From Acidiferrobacterales bacterium (GTDB lineage: Bacteria; Pseudomonadota; Gammaproteobacteria; Arenicellales; JAJDZL01): DNA of 64,000 bases. The notes beneath the pieces were generated by a model. It ran no database searches, had not been told where the DNA came from, and saw only the letters and a list, made by a program, of their open reading frames with translations. Of the stretch, positions 1 to 9,497 are shown in pieces. The position numbers and the translations under genes were made by a program. The stretch lies in the NCBI GenBank assembly GCA_028820695.1, contig JAPPIB010000055.1, forward strand, positions 64,015 through 128,014, written 5' to 3'. Within the stretch, counting starts at the first letter, position 1; every line of letters starts with the position of its first letter.

Positions 1-1589
1 TCAGCGTAGGATTGGGTGGTATCGCGATCAATTCGCATTACGCGCGCGCCGAGAATCTCACTTCGCAGCAGTTGTTCAATACGCTGCGTCCCCTCTCCCA
101 GCTGACTGATTCGTTCTGACATGCAGTCAGGACATCGGCTTGGCGGCGTGTATCTCGCGAAACAGTGGTGGCAATGCAATTTCTGATCGACAATGTGATA
201 AATGACGTTGGCGTCGCAATTGGCACAAGTTGCTGTCCATTTGCAGTCAAAACAAATGAACACCGGCGCAAATCCACGACGATTGATGAATATCAGGCTC
301 TGTTCCTGACGATGCAGTCGCTTTTCGATTTCGCTCAATAGCGGTACCGCCACGCCGTCTTTGAGAATCGATCTGTTGAGATCGATGAGGTTCATGGACG
401 GCATCCGGATGTTTGTCGCGCGCTCAGGCAAATCAATCGTTTCAAGTCGACCGACCTGCGCGGCGTAGACAGTCTCAATCGACGGCGTCGCAGTCCCGAA
501 AACCAGCGGAATCCTCAACGTCGCGGCTCGGTGGATTGCAACTGACCGTGCGTGATAGCGCACCCGCTCCTGTTGCTTGTACGATGTGTCGTGCTCTTCG
601 TCGATGACGATCATCGCGAGTTTGCGAAATGGAAGAAAGACCGCAGACCGCGTTCCGATCACGACTTTGGCTTCTCCGGTACGAGCGGCCCACCAGGTCT
701 TGTGTCGCTGAAAGTCTGTCATTCCGGAATGAAAGCAGCAAGCAGTGATTCCAAGTGCATGATTGACTCGCTGTTCGAGTTGTGGAGTCAGTCCGATTTC
801 CGGAACCAGCAACAGGGCCTGCCCACCGTCGCGCAAAATCCTGTCTATGGCGTGGAGATACACTTCGGTCTTGCCGCTGCCGGTGACTCCATGGGTCAGG
901 AAACACTGATAGACATCCAGCGTGCTGACAATCGTTTCGACCGCACTGACTTGCGCCGGCGTAAGATCCTGCAACAGGTTCGCGGCGCCGGCGTATTGGG
1001 CACTGTGCAGTGGCTGCGCCTCGACCAGCTGCTTGGACATCAACTGGCGCAGTGCGCTTTGCCAACTTTTTCCAGCGCGACTGATTTGTGTCCGATCGAC
1101 GGGCTCGCCCGCGGACTTCAGTATCTCAACGATGCCACTTTGCACCCTTGCTCTCGACAGTTCGCCGATGTCAAGATTGCATCCGGTCTCGGTCAGAACA
1201 TAACCCATTTCGACGTTTGGCTGTAGTGACTTTCCGTTTCGGATCGCGCTTGGCAACGCCGCCCAGATAAGCTCACTGATCGGTTGGTGGTAGTATTGAG
1301 ATGACCATTGCAAAGTGCGAAGCAGGTCCTCGTCGATGACCGGTTCAGTCTCAATTACTGAAATGATAGACTTGATCTTGCTGGACTCGAATTTCGACTC
1401 GCGCGGGTGTTCGACGATAATCCCCAGACGCGTTCCGCGTCGGAACGGAACAACAACCCGGCACCCCACTTTCGCTGACTCATGAGATTCGCACTGGTAA
1501 TCAAACAGGTCCATGTGACGTATCGGTATCGCGACCCGAACAATGCGCAGTGTTTCGGCATCTGAACTTTGCGATAAAATGCTACTCAA
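1..1589 (-). CDS. priA: Primosomal replication protein N' (PriA helicase); the C-terminal end runs off the window
   Basis: The minus-strand frame is open from TTG at 1589 to position 1. It is absent from the ORF track only because no stop lies in the window. The translation shows Walker A THGVTGSGKTEVY (~860-900), DEAH box MIVIDEEHDTSYKQQ (~570-614) and the Cys-rich zinc region CFDCKWTATCANCD (~200-260). Confidence 0.88.
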   Translation of the reverse strand, partial: MSSILSQSSDAETLRIVRVAIPIRHMDLFDYQCESHESAKVGCRVVVPFRRGTRLGIIVEHPRESKFESSKIKSIISVIETEPVIDEDLLRTLQWSSQYYHQPISELIWAALPSAIRNGKSLQPNVEMGYVLTETGCNLDIGELSRARVQSGIVEILKSAGEPVDRTQISRAGKSWQSALRQLMSKQLVEAQPLHSAQYAGAANLLQDLTPAQVSAVETIVSTLDVYQCFLTHGVTGSGKTEVYLHAIDRILRDGGQALLLVPEIGLTPQLEQRVNHALGITACCFHSGMTDFQRHKTWWAARTGEAKVVIGTRSAVFLPFRKLAMIVIDEEHDTSYKQQERVRYHARSVAIHRAATLRIPLVFGTATPSIETVYAAQVGRLETIDLPERATNIRMPSMNLIDLNRSILKDGVAVPLLSEIEKRLHRQEQSLIFINRRGFAPVFICFDCKWTATCANCDANVIYHIVDQKLHCHHCFARYTPPSRCPDCMSERISQLGEGTQRIEQLLRSEILGARVMRIDRDTTQSYA

Positions 1590-1658
1590 TTTGTGCCTTC
1601 TCCCAATCTCAGCCGGCGGACAGTCTGAATCAATTTTAGACCATCACGCTCGGTCTGT

Positions 1659-2555
1659 ATGACTACAGGTAGCCTGATGGATGCGGTCAATCCGAAAGCA
1701 CCCTTGTGGGACGATGTCAGTGCGTGCCTTCAGGATGAAGTCCGGACTGTCACCGCCCTGTCAAACAGCAGTTTTTCCTGGAATTACGCCATCGAATGCG
1801 AATCCAATCAGTATTTCCTCAAGTTAAGTGCCGACCATGACTATACGGAAGCGGAAGCCGACGGACTGAAAGCGTTGTCGGCCGCGGATTCGATACGGGT
1901 TCCGCGACTCGTGGCTTGCAGCCGGACGCAAGCGTTTGGATTTCTCATCGTCGAATATCTTGCGCTCAATCATAGCCATCCGGACTTCGATCGTCTGGGA
2001 CATGATCTCGCCAGGCTCCACCGTTTGCCCGCTGACGGGTCCTTTGGGTGGCATCGCAAAAACTACCTGGGCGCAACCGTTCAGATCAACTTGAGGCGGC
2101 AAAGCTGGGCGGCGTTCTTCCGCGACATGCGTCTGGATTGTCAGTTCGAACGGGCTTGCAACAACGGGTTCAGCACAAGTGTGGGAGCATTGCGGGATCA
2201 GGTTCTAGACCGTGTCACAGCAATACTTGACTCACACAAGCCCGAACCATCGCTTCTTCATGGCGATCTATGGCGGGGCAACTGTGGATTTATAGATGGT
2301 GGGGTACCGGTTGTATTCGACCCTGCCGTCTATGTCGGGGACCGGGAAACCGATCTTGCCATGACCCGGCTCTTTGGTGGGTTTCCGGAGTCTTTCTACG
2401 AAAGCTATCACAGGGAGTGGCCGCTGCCGTCGGGTTGGGCGCAACGGCAGGTCATCTACAACCTATACCATATCCTCAACCACCTGAATCTGTTTGGCAG
2501 CGGTTACCTGCAACAAGCGCTGTCGATGTGCAGGCAATTGCTGGCTGAGGATTAG
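1659..2555 (+). CDS. Fructosamine/ketosamine kinase family protein
   Basis: 298-aa ORF. It has kinase-like motifs LLHGDLWRGN and VFDPAVYVGDRETDLAM, typical of the fructosamine-3-kinase/YniA family. Confidence 0.75.
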   Translation: MTTGSLMDAVNPKAPLWDDVSACLQDEVRTVTALSNSSFSWNYAIECESNQYFLKLSADHDYTEAEADGLKALSAADSIRVPRLVACSRTQAFGFLIVEYLALNHSHPDFDRLGHDLARLHRLPADGSFGWHRKNYLGATVQINLRRQSWAAFFRDMRLDCQFERACNNGFSTSVGALRDQVLDRVTAILDSHKPEPSLLHGDLWRGNCGFIDGGVPVVFDPAVYVGDRETDLAMTRLFGGFPESFYESYHREWPLPSGWAQRQVIYNLYHILNHLNLFGSGYLQQALSMCRQLLAED

Positions 2556-3091
2556 CGACGCTTCCTGATGATGTCGTCCACGTATGGCCTGTTATCGTTT
2601 GTTTTCAGGCTTTCAAAATAGCGGATGAGACTCTCCCGGACGACCTGGAATGCCAATAGTTCCCAAGGAATCTCATCTTCAGAAAACAGTTCGACCTCGA
2701 GGCTTTCCTCACCTGGCGAATACTCCGGCGATTCGAGATGTGCACGATAGATGCAATAAACCTGGCTGACATGTGGGATGTTATAGACCGCGAACAATTC
2801 ATCGATCTGCGCCACCGCCCTCGCTTCTTCATAGGTTTCTCGTGCGGCCGCTTCGTGAATCGTCTCACCTAGCTCCATAAACCCTGCGGGAATGGTCCAT
2901 AATCCGTATCGCGGGTCAATCGCTCTTCGACACAATAGAATCTTTTCTTCCCATTGCACGATGCAGCCCGTGACGATCTTGGGGTTCTGATAATGTACCG
3001 CGTCACAGCTGTCACAGACATATCGCGGAAGATTATCGCCTCTGGGCACTTTCCTTGATACCGTCTCGCCACAAAAACTGCAATAGTTCAT
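2552..3091 (-). CDS. NUDIX hydrolase with N-terminal Cys4 zinc ribbon
   Basis: It has CSFCG...CDSCD followed by the Nudix box GFMELGETIHEAAARETYEEA. I chose the internal start MNYCSFCG at 3091 because the longer ORF (to 3184) would overlap the divergent transporter gene. Confidence 0.75.
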   Translation of the reverse strand: MNYCSFCGETVSRKVPRGDNLPRYVCDSCDAVHYQNPKIVTGCIVQWEEKILLCRRAIDPRYGLWTIPAGFMELGETIHEAAARETYEEARAVAQIDELFAVYNIPHVSQVYCIYRAHLESPEYSPGEESLEVELFSEDEIPWELLAFQVVRESLIRYFESLKTNDNRPYVDDIIRKRR

Positions 3092-3177
3092 CTTTTTCGA
3101 ATTCCAACTATTTGGCCGACCTGGTCGTGCGATACAGTATAAACCGTGATTCGCAATTTCATCGGATGTCGTAGCGC

Positions 3178-4110
3178 ATGACAACTTTTCTGATCATTAT
3201 TCCCTTCTTCGCTGTGATCGCGTGCGGATTTATTGCGTCGCGGCGGAAAATTATTGATTCCGCGGGACGCACAGGGCTCAATCGATTTGTCTATTATTTC
3301 GCGCTGCCGGTACTGACATTTTCGCTGATGGCTCAGTCTGACCTTGAGGATCAGTTTCAGCTGACATTCGTGGTCGCCTATCTCTGTGTGGCATTCACAC
3401 TGTTCTTTCTGTCTTTTTTGGTTGCCCGACTGGTATTTCAATTGGGACGGAGCCTGTCTGTGGTGTTCGCAACCGCGTGCATATACGGCAATACCGGCTA
3501 TTTCGGCCTGCCCTTTGTGATTATCGCTTTCGGACAGGATGCCAGCGTGCCGGTGATTGTGTGCACGACAATTGATCTTGCCGTCATGCTTCCGCTGGCC
3601 TCGATGATGCTTGAAAAGTCTGAGACCGGCCGCAAAGAATCAAGCAGTAACGTTTACACTGCATCGATCCTGTCGGTGATCAAGAACCCCTTGATTGTTG
3701 CGGCAGTTTTGGGAGCGATGCTCTCATTGTCAGGATTACAGGTTCCGGAAGCAGCTGATCGATTTGTAGTACTGCTTGGATCCGCGGCGGCTCCTTGCGC
3801 GCTGTTCGCACTTGGCTCAAGCATCGATGAGGACCGTGCTGAATTCCTGCAGCTGCAGATTTTTGTCATCAGCCTGATCAAGCTTGTAATCCATCCTCTG
3901 CTGATCTGGTTTGCCATGAGTCATCTGTTTTCCGTTGACGAAGGCTGGGCAAGAAGCGCCGTAATCGCAGCGGCCATGCCGGTTGCCGTCACCGCCTATA
4001 TACTCGCTCAGCAATACAACATCTACGTCGCTCGCACTTCTGCTTCCATACTTCTGTCGACCTTGGTTTCCGTCGCCACCCTGACATTCATTGTGACGCG
4101 TGTCGGCTGA
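3178..4110 (+). CDS. AEC (auxin efflux carrier) family membrane transporter
   Basis: 310-aa polytopic membrane protein of about 10 hydrophobic segments. The N-terminus IIIPFFAVIACGFIASRRKII and the overall layout are typical of the AEC/Mem_trans family. Confidence 0.7.
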   Translation: MTTFLIIIPFFAVIACGFIASRRKIIDSAGRTGLNRFVYYFALPVLTFSLMAQSDLEDQFQLTFVVAYLCVAFTLFFLSFLVARLVFQLGRSLSVVFATACIYGNTGYFGLPFVIIAFGQDASVPVIVCTTIDLAVMLPLASMMLEKSETGRKESSSNVYTASILSVIKNPLIVAAVLGAMLSLSGLQVPEAADRFVVLLGSAAAPCALFALGSSIDEDRAEFLQLQIFVISLIKLVIHPLLIWFAMSHLFSVDEGWARSAVIAAAMPVAVTAYILAQQYNIYVARTSASILLSTLVSVATLTFIVTRVG

Positions 4111-4260
4111 CCTGACAGGTCCGCCCGCGCAGTGCCGGCGAAGCAGTTATCATATTGTCGACTGAGAGCAAGCGACCGCAGTCCGTCCAACTTCAATTCT
4201 CCCAGCTTTTTCATCTTTCATTATTGAGCCAGGCACCTTTGCGCCACAGGAATCGAGATC

Positions 4261-4986
4261 ATGAATCTTCTGGTTGATATCGGTAACCAATACGTCAAGT
4301 GGCTATTTGGAGATCGGCACGGATCGTTTGATTCATCGTCGCTTGAATCTTGCATTACAGAATATTTGCGTCCGCTGGGCGGAGTAACAGGAATTTACTT
4401 CGTCAATGTCGCAGGAACGGATGTATCCGAAAGGTTTCGGAACTGTGTACGTCCGATATGGGGTCTGGATCCGGTTGAGATCTTCTCCCAGCCAGAACAA
4501 TGCGGCGTCAAGAACTGTTACCGGCAAGTCCATCAGCTTGGCGCTGATCGATGGGTGGCCGCCATCGCTGCTTGGCACACAACTCGAACCGCGACGATTA
4601 TTGTCGATTGCGGTACAGCCGTGACTGTCGATGCGCTGTCCGACTCGGCGGAGTTTATCGGCGGATCAATCATGCCAGGAATTGGACTGGCCATGGACTC
4701 TCTTTATCGACGGGCACCGGGCGTCCGTGAATCTTCCGATCAGATGCCTGCCGTGATACCAGCCACAGCAACCACAGAGGCTGTTGCCACCGGTGTGATC
4801 TTCTCATCTGTGGGTGGAATTGAGTTGCTGGTTGACAAGTATCGTGAAGTTGCCGGCGAGTCCTCAAGGCTGTTGATCACTGGCGGAGACGCACCGATCA
4901 TTCAACAACACACCTCAAAGAAGTTCGAATACATGCCGAATCTTGTGCTTGAGGGGATTTCAATCATTGCTGACTCGACGAGTTGA
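4261..4986 (+). CDS. coaX: Type III pantothenate kinase
   Basis: It shows LLVDIGNQYVKW, LGADRWVAAIAAW, IVDCGTAVTVD and GGSIMPG, which are the CoaX/Baf signature blocks. Confidence 0.85.
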   Translation: MNLLVDIGNQYVKWLFGDRHGSFDSSSLESCITEYLRPLGGVTGIYFVNVAGTDVSERFRNCVRPIWGLDPVEIFSQPEQCGVKNCYRQVHQLGADRWVAAIAAWHTTRTATIIVDCGTAVTVDALSDSAEFIGGSIMPGIGLAMDSLYRRAPGVRESSDQMPAVIPATATTEAVATGVIFSSVGGIELLVDKYREVAGESSRLLITGGDAPIIQQHTSKKFEYMPNLVLEGISIIADSTS

Positions 4987-5051
4987 TGGGTGCCTCACAT
5001 CCACCGACAAACAATCCGCCACTCGCAGTCGCCTGCGTGTGACATCGGCAT

Positions 5052-5744
5052 TCAGCTGGATGGCGCAGGTCGAATTTCTGCCAGCGCGTTTGCCACAATC
5101 GACTCATCCACTTCGGAACAGTCGTTCAGATCGACGAAGTGACTGCTGTCCTCAAAGTCGCACTCCGTATATCCGAAGTTGATTGCACAGAATTTCCTCA
5201 GGGCCGAAATTTCAGTCAGCTGGTCAGCGTCCTGTGCACGCAACTTGTCTCGAACCCGCGCATCCAGCACCAGCATGCGGGGTACCAACTCGCCTTCCAT
5301 GGAAAGGCAGCCGCGCATCCTGAATGCCGTAACACCCTTGCAATGATGCAATACAGTCGCCAGTCTCGAAGAAAGCCCCCGCCCTTCGCAATACAGCCCT
5401 GCGTCGGCAATCATGAGACTTGACCGTGATGCGAATTCACTGGCTGACAGCAGACCGCGGGACACTCCTGCGTCCTCATCCAACACCAGGTAGGATAGTT
5501 CGGCCTTGAGGTCCGCGTATTGACGAACGGCCTCCCGGTGACGGATCAGATTTTCGGGCGTTGCTCCGATCAGGATTTTTCTGATACCGGCCGATGCCAT
5601 CACTTCAATGGTAAAACACACGCGGGGAATGTCATCGGCTGATTCTGTACGGTTTCCGGTTACCGTTATGGGCAAAGAAGCCTGCGACTGTCGTCCCAAT
5701 GCAAAGATCAGACCCTTACAGTCCATACCGGGAAGGGGTATCAA
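5052..5744 (-). CDS. RmlA-like nucleotidyltransferase-fold protein with a degenerate active-site loop
   Basis: KGLIFALGRQSQASLP and MASAGIRKILIGATPE align by eye to RmlA KGIILAGGSGTRLYP and LMLAGIRDILIISTPQ. The GxGTR motif is lost. Confidence 0.4.
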   Translation of the reverse strand: MIPLPGMDCKGLIFALGRQSQASLPITVTGNRTESADDIPRVCFTIEVMASAGIRKILIGATPENLIRHREAVRQYADLKAELSYLVLDEDAGVSRGLLSASEFASRSSLMIADAGLYCEGRGLSSRLATVLHHCKGVTAFRMRGCLSMEGELVPRMLVLDARVRDKLRAQDADQLTEISALRKFCAINFGYTECDFEDSSHFVDLNDCSEVDESIVANALAEIRPAPSS

Positions 5745-5849
5745 AAAGTAAATGGAAACTTGGCCCGGATCCCAAACCGCCTTGTATCCGATTGATGAAT
5801 GCGAACGGAATGGTCAAGTCGGTGTGTTTCGAGCCCAACTTGCGGCAGT

Positions 5850-6698
5850 TCACCGAAAGCCCATATAGATCACAAGCGGTTGGTCGTCCGACAGACCGTG
5901 AAAGACTGCCCGCAAGCGGCTCAACTCCTCTACGGATACGCCGTCCGTGAGTGGGCCCAACGCAATCAGGTCATCCCGCTGCACCTGTATGCCTCGATGT
6001 GCCAGCGCGTCGCGCACCTCCAGTACAAGATCCAGAGGATGCTTCGCCGCCGAATGGCGGTAATCGGTAATGGTTGTCTTGTTCTGGTCGTACATTACAA
6101 CCGAGTAGTCGGCAAGCTGATCAATCCAATCTGTGCTGCCAGCAAGTTTCAATTCGCCACCAAGCACGCACATTCGCACTTCCAGGTTTGCTGCAGAGGT
6201 TACCGCATGGTGGTGTTGCGTACCGTCGGCCAAAAGGGCATCGGACAACCGAACCCCTGGAATTACAGATTGCAGTGATGCCAGCGCTTCTGTTCTGTCG
6301 ATCGCATCATTCAGTTCGGCAGAACCGACACGAAACAGCAGTTCCGGCGCAGCTCGCATGTCAATTCCATACGAGCGATCGATGACCGAGCGAGTGCCGG
6401 TGAACATGTTTTCCAGCAGGATTCCGGTCAGCGGGCTTTCGCTGCCACCGACGCTGACCGCCGAGAATCCGACATCCATCCCCCAGGTCGGTCGCAGCAA
6501 GGCAATGTAGTAATCCTGAACCGCGACGCCCGCGACAGGACTGACATCCAGACCAGTTTCGAGTTGATTGGTCTTGGTGAAGGCCTTGAATAGTCTGTTC
6601 GCGGTTTCCTCAATCGAGGACGCGCCGGCCAGGTTGCAGAATACAACCGTCAGTGACAGCCAGGTGATCAGACAAGCTGCGGAGAATCGGGTGCTCAT
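5850..6698 (-). CDS. Secreted protein resembling the 2-keto-4-pentenoate hydratase / FAH superfamily
   Basis: It has an N-terminal signal-like segment (FSAACLITWLSLTVVFCNLAGA). The spacing of its blocks (PLTGILLENMF, APELLFRVG, HPLDLVLEVRDALAHRGIQVQRDDLIALGPLT) recalls MhpD-type hydratases. The similarity is weak and judged by eye only. Confidence 0.35.
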   Translation of the reverse strand: MSTRFSAACLITWLSLTVVFCNLAGASSIEETANRLFKAFTKTNQLETGLDVSPVAGVAVQDYYIALLRPTWGMDVGFSAVSVGGSESPLTGILLENMFTGTRSVIDRSYGIDMRAAPELLFRVGSAELNDAIDRTEALASLQSVIPGVRLSDALLADGTQHHHAVTSAANLEVRMCVLGGELKLAGSTDWIDQLADYSVVMYDQNKTTITDYRHSAAKHPLDLVLEVRDALAHRGIQVQRDDLIALGPLTDGVSVEELSRLRAVFHGLSDDQPLVIYMGFR

Positions 6699-6801
6699 GA
6701 AGGAGCCATTTCTGATATCAATCGCGGTAACCCAATGCGATGAATTTGAATAAAATAAGCGTGATGTCGCAATTTTTTCTTCGTTTTTTCAAGGTCATAA
6801 A

Positions 6802-7428
6802 ATGATACTATCTAGCACAGATTTTGACAATGGAGAGCAAATTCCGGAATTGCTGGCTTTCTGCAAGCCAGACTCCAATTCCCATGCCGGGCTTTCTTCC
6901 AATCGCAATCCGCACCTCAAATGGGCTGACGTACCGAGCGGAGTCAAGTCTTTCGCGCTGCTTTGCTGTGACCCGGACGTTCCGAGTCGCCCTGACGATG
7001 TCAACCAGGCCGGAAAAACAGTACCTGCGGATTTGCCAAGAATTGATTTCTATCATTGGGTACTGGCTGATATCCCGGCATCAGAGTCCGAAATTGCTTC
7101 GGGGTCCCATAGCAACGAGGTCACGCCTTGCGGAAAATCGGCGGATGCTGTGCCGTCAGGCATGCGTCATGGCGTCAATGATTACACACTTTGGTTTGCT
7201 GGTGATGAAGCCATGGGTGGTGAGTATTTTGGCTACGACGGTCCCTGCACGCCATGGAACGACAGCATCATTCACCACTACCATTTCACAATCTATGCAT
7301 TGGATGTTCAATGCCTGTCGGTCAGTGGCTCATTTACAGGACAGGAAGTTGTTGAGGCCATGCAGGGCCACATCCTCGATCAAGCTTCGCTGGTCGGCAC
7401 CTACACGCTCAACCCGGCATTGTCGTAA
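6802..7428 (+). CDS. YbhB/YbcL family Raf-kinase-inhibitor-like (PEBP) protein
   Basis: It carries the PEBP signature motifs CCDPDVPS, FYHWVLADIP, GVNDY and YDGPCTPWNDSIIHHYHFTIYALD. Confidence 0.8.
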   Translation: MILSSTDFDNGEQIPELLAFCKPDSNSHAGLSSNRNPHLKWADVPSGVKSFALLCCDPDVPSRPDDVNQAGKTVPADLPRIDFYHWVLADIPASESEIASGSHSNEVTPCGKSADAVPSGMRHGVNDYTLWFAGDEAMGGEYFGYDGPCTPWNDSIIHHYHFTIYALDVQCLSVSGSFTGQEVVEAMQGHILDQASLVGTYTLNPALS

Positions 7429-7431
7429 CCA

Positions 7432-8157
7432 GTGAAAGTTTGCACACGTCACATCTTGTGCGTCCTCGCCGTCTCATCGTTTTGGGCGCTCACCGGCTGT
7501 GCGACACTTCAAACGCCGGTCGCCTGCAACGCACTGGATCCGGAAGAATACCAAGAGACGCATGATCCGCTCGAATCATTCAATCGCGACATGTTTGAGT
7601 TTAACGAGAGTACGGACAAAGCGATCTATCAACCTGTCGCCAGAACATACAAAGCAATAACACCCGATCCGGTGGAAACCAGTGTTTCCAGTTTTTACAG
7701 AAACCTCAAGGAACCGAGAAATATAGTCTCGTCCCTGTTGGCGGGAAGGACGGATATAACGGCCGAATCCAGCATACGATTCACAATGAATTCGACTCTG
7801 GGTTTGCTTGGCCTGATTGATCTGGCAGGTCATGCTGGAATTCCGTACAACGACTACGATTTTGGCCATATGCTAGGGGCCTGGGGAGTCGGTGAGGGTC
7901 CGTACGTTGTCTGGCCATTTACAGGTCCGAGCAATATGAGAGATACTGCCGGCTCTGCGATCCATCTGCAAGTGACCTATGTGGAAAAACGTATCAAGAA
8001 GTCAGAACATCAACTCTTTGTCCAAGTCGGTTCTGCGGTTGATAGCCGGGCCCGTCTGTTGCCATTCACCGAGCTGCTTGACCAGCAACCAGACCCGTAT
8101 CTGTTTGCCCGGGAAAGCTATCGGCAAGCCCGCCTGAACACGATCTGTAATCCTTAG
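7432..8157 (+). CDS. mlaA: Phospholipid-transport lipoprotein MlaA (VacJ)
   Basis: GTG start and lipobox ALTGC. DPLESFNRDMFEFNESTDKAIYQPVARTYKAITP and NLKEPRNIVSSLL match the conserved MlaA N-terminal blocks. Confidence 0.8.
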   Translation: MKVCTRHILCVLAVSSFWALTGCATLQTPVACNALDPEEYQETHDPLESFNRDMFEFNESTDKAIYQPVARTYKAITPDPVETSVSSFYRNLKEPRNIVSSLLAGRTDITAESSIRFTMNSTLGLLGLIDLAGHAGIPYNDYDFGHMLGAWGVGEGPYVVWPFTGPSNMRDTAGSAIHLQVTYVEKRIKKSEHQLFVQVGSAVDSRARLLPFTELLDQQPDPYLFARESYRQARLNTICNP

Positions 8158-8189
8158 GATTCCTCACTCTCCTTCGAACACCTTTGTGC

Positions 8190-9002
8190 ATGGCAACTTA
8201 TGCTGTCGGCGACATTCAGGGTCGCTACAACGATCTATTGCGTCTACTTGACCGCATCCGGTTTTCGCCTGAAAGCGATCGTCTGATCCTGCTTGGGGAC
8301 CTGGTCAATCGCGGCCCGAATTCCTTGGATGTGGTACGTTTTGCCATGTCCCATGCGTCCTCGGTCAGGACTGTGCTCGGCAACCACGACCTTTATCTGC
8401 TTGGCGTGCTGGAAAACATTGTCGAGGCGCGCGAACGCGATACCTTTACCGATGTACTTTCCGCACCTGACCGCGAGGAAATTCTTGCGTGGGTCTGCCG
8501 ACAGCCGTTGGTGATTGACGAACCGGAACTGAACATTCTTGCGGTACATGCCGGTGTTCATCCTTTCTGGACCCATGACGATATTCTGATGCACGCAAAA
8601 CAGGCCGAGCAGGTGATCGCCGGTTCCGGGCGCGCGGAATTTCTGATGCATATGCTTGGAAACAAGCCCCGTCGCTGGTCGGATACCCTGGCTGGCTGGG
8701 ACCGCATGCGTATCCTGGTCAACGTCTTCACCCGCATGCGATATGTGAAGCGAAACGGAAAACTTGACTTCAAGGAAGTTCGGACCCGAGGCAAGCAACA
8801 GAAAAACCTCGTACCGTGGTTTGAGTTTCCAGGACGAGTGAAAATCAGACCGACGATCGTATTTGGTCACTGGTCGACGCTTGGCGTCTATCAGCAGCCT
8901 GGAATCCTTGCCATGGATTCAGGTTGTTGCTGGGGACGTTGCCTGAGCGCGGCACGTCTGGATGGCGAGTCGTTTGCCATCACCCAGGTCGCCTGCAAGT
9001 AA
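8190..9002 (+). CDS. apaH: Bis(5'-nucleosyl)-tetraphosphatase, symmetrical
   Basis: MATYAVGDIQGRYNDL, LLGDLVNRGPNSLDV, GNHDLYLL, FTRMRY and FGHWSTL are collinear with E. coli ApaH. I chose the ATG at 8190 inside the TTG-initiated ORF. Confidence 0.9.
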   Translation: MATYAVGDIQGRYNDLLRLLDRIRFSPESDRLILLGDLVNRGPNSLDVVRFAMSHASSVRTVLGNHDLYLLGVLENIVEARERDTFTDVLSAPDREEILAWVCRQPLVIDEPELNILAVHAGVHPFWTHDDILMHAKQAEQVIAGSGRAEFLMHMLGNKPRRWSDTLAGWDRMRILVNVFTRMRYVKRNGKLDFKEVRTRGKQQKNLVPWFEFPGRVKIRPTIVFGHWSTLGVYQQPGILAMDSGCCWGRCLSAARLDGESFAITQVACK

Positions 9003-9107
9003 CCGGCTTGCCCTTGACCGGAACACGGAATACTCTGAAACTTGATCAACTGATCGAAAATTTACATCTTACAATTAATGGTTGAACAGCACCGAGTCAC
9101 GAATACC

Positions 9108-9485
9108 ATGACCGACGTCCACAAGATCGACATACAAGTCGAAACGCACTACATAGCCGAAAATTCCAAACCGGCAGAACATAACTTCTTGTTTGCCTAT
9201 GTCATTACAATCACCAACGCGGGAACCGTTGGCGTGCAGTTGATGACGCGACATTGGATCATTACCGACGGCAACGGTGAAGTGGAGCACGTTCGCGGAG
9301 ATGGAGTAGTCGGTGAGCAGCCTCATCTGTTGCCGGGACATGCCTTCGAATACACGAGTGGTGCCGTGCTGCAGACGCCGGTGGGGACGATGAAAGGAAG
9401 TTATCACATGGTCACCGATAAGGGCGAGAGCTTCGACGCGGAAATTCCGCAATTCGTGCTGTCCGCGCACAGCACCCTGCACTGA
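9108..9485 (+). CDS. apaG: ApaG (DUF525) protein
   Basis: FLFAYVITITNAGTVGVQLMTRHWIITDGNG..VRGDGVVGEQPHLLPG..YTSG matches ApaG throughout. Starting at MTDVHKIDI gives the usual ~125 aa. Confidence 0.85.
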   Translation: MTDVHKIDIQVETHYIAENSKPAEHNFLFAYVITITNAGTVGVQLMTRHWIITDGNGEVEHVRGDGVVGEQPHLLPGHAFEYTSGAVLQTPVGTMKGSYHMVTDKGESFDAEIPQFVLSAHSTLH

Positions 9486-9497
9486 CAGCGGGAAGGT

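Noticed and set aside
552-1226. 224-aa plus-strand ORF (also 475-1065 minus, 922-1203 plus).
   Set aside because: These lie antisense to or out of frame with priA, whose helicase motifs read cleanly on the minus strand. Their translations are Arg/Cys/Gln-rich with no motifs.
6824-7435. 203-aa plus-strand ORF overlapping the PEBP gene in another frame.
   Set aside because: The 6802 frame contains all YbhB/PEBP signature motifs, and the alternative frame has none.
8244-8870. 208-aa minus-strand ORF.
   Set aside because: It is fully antisense to apaH, which aligns end to end with E. coli ApaH.
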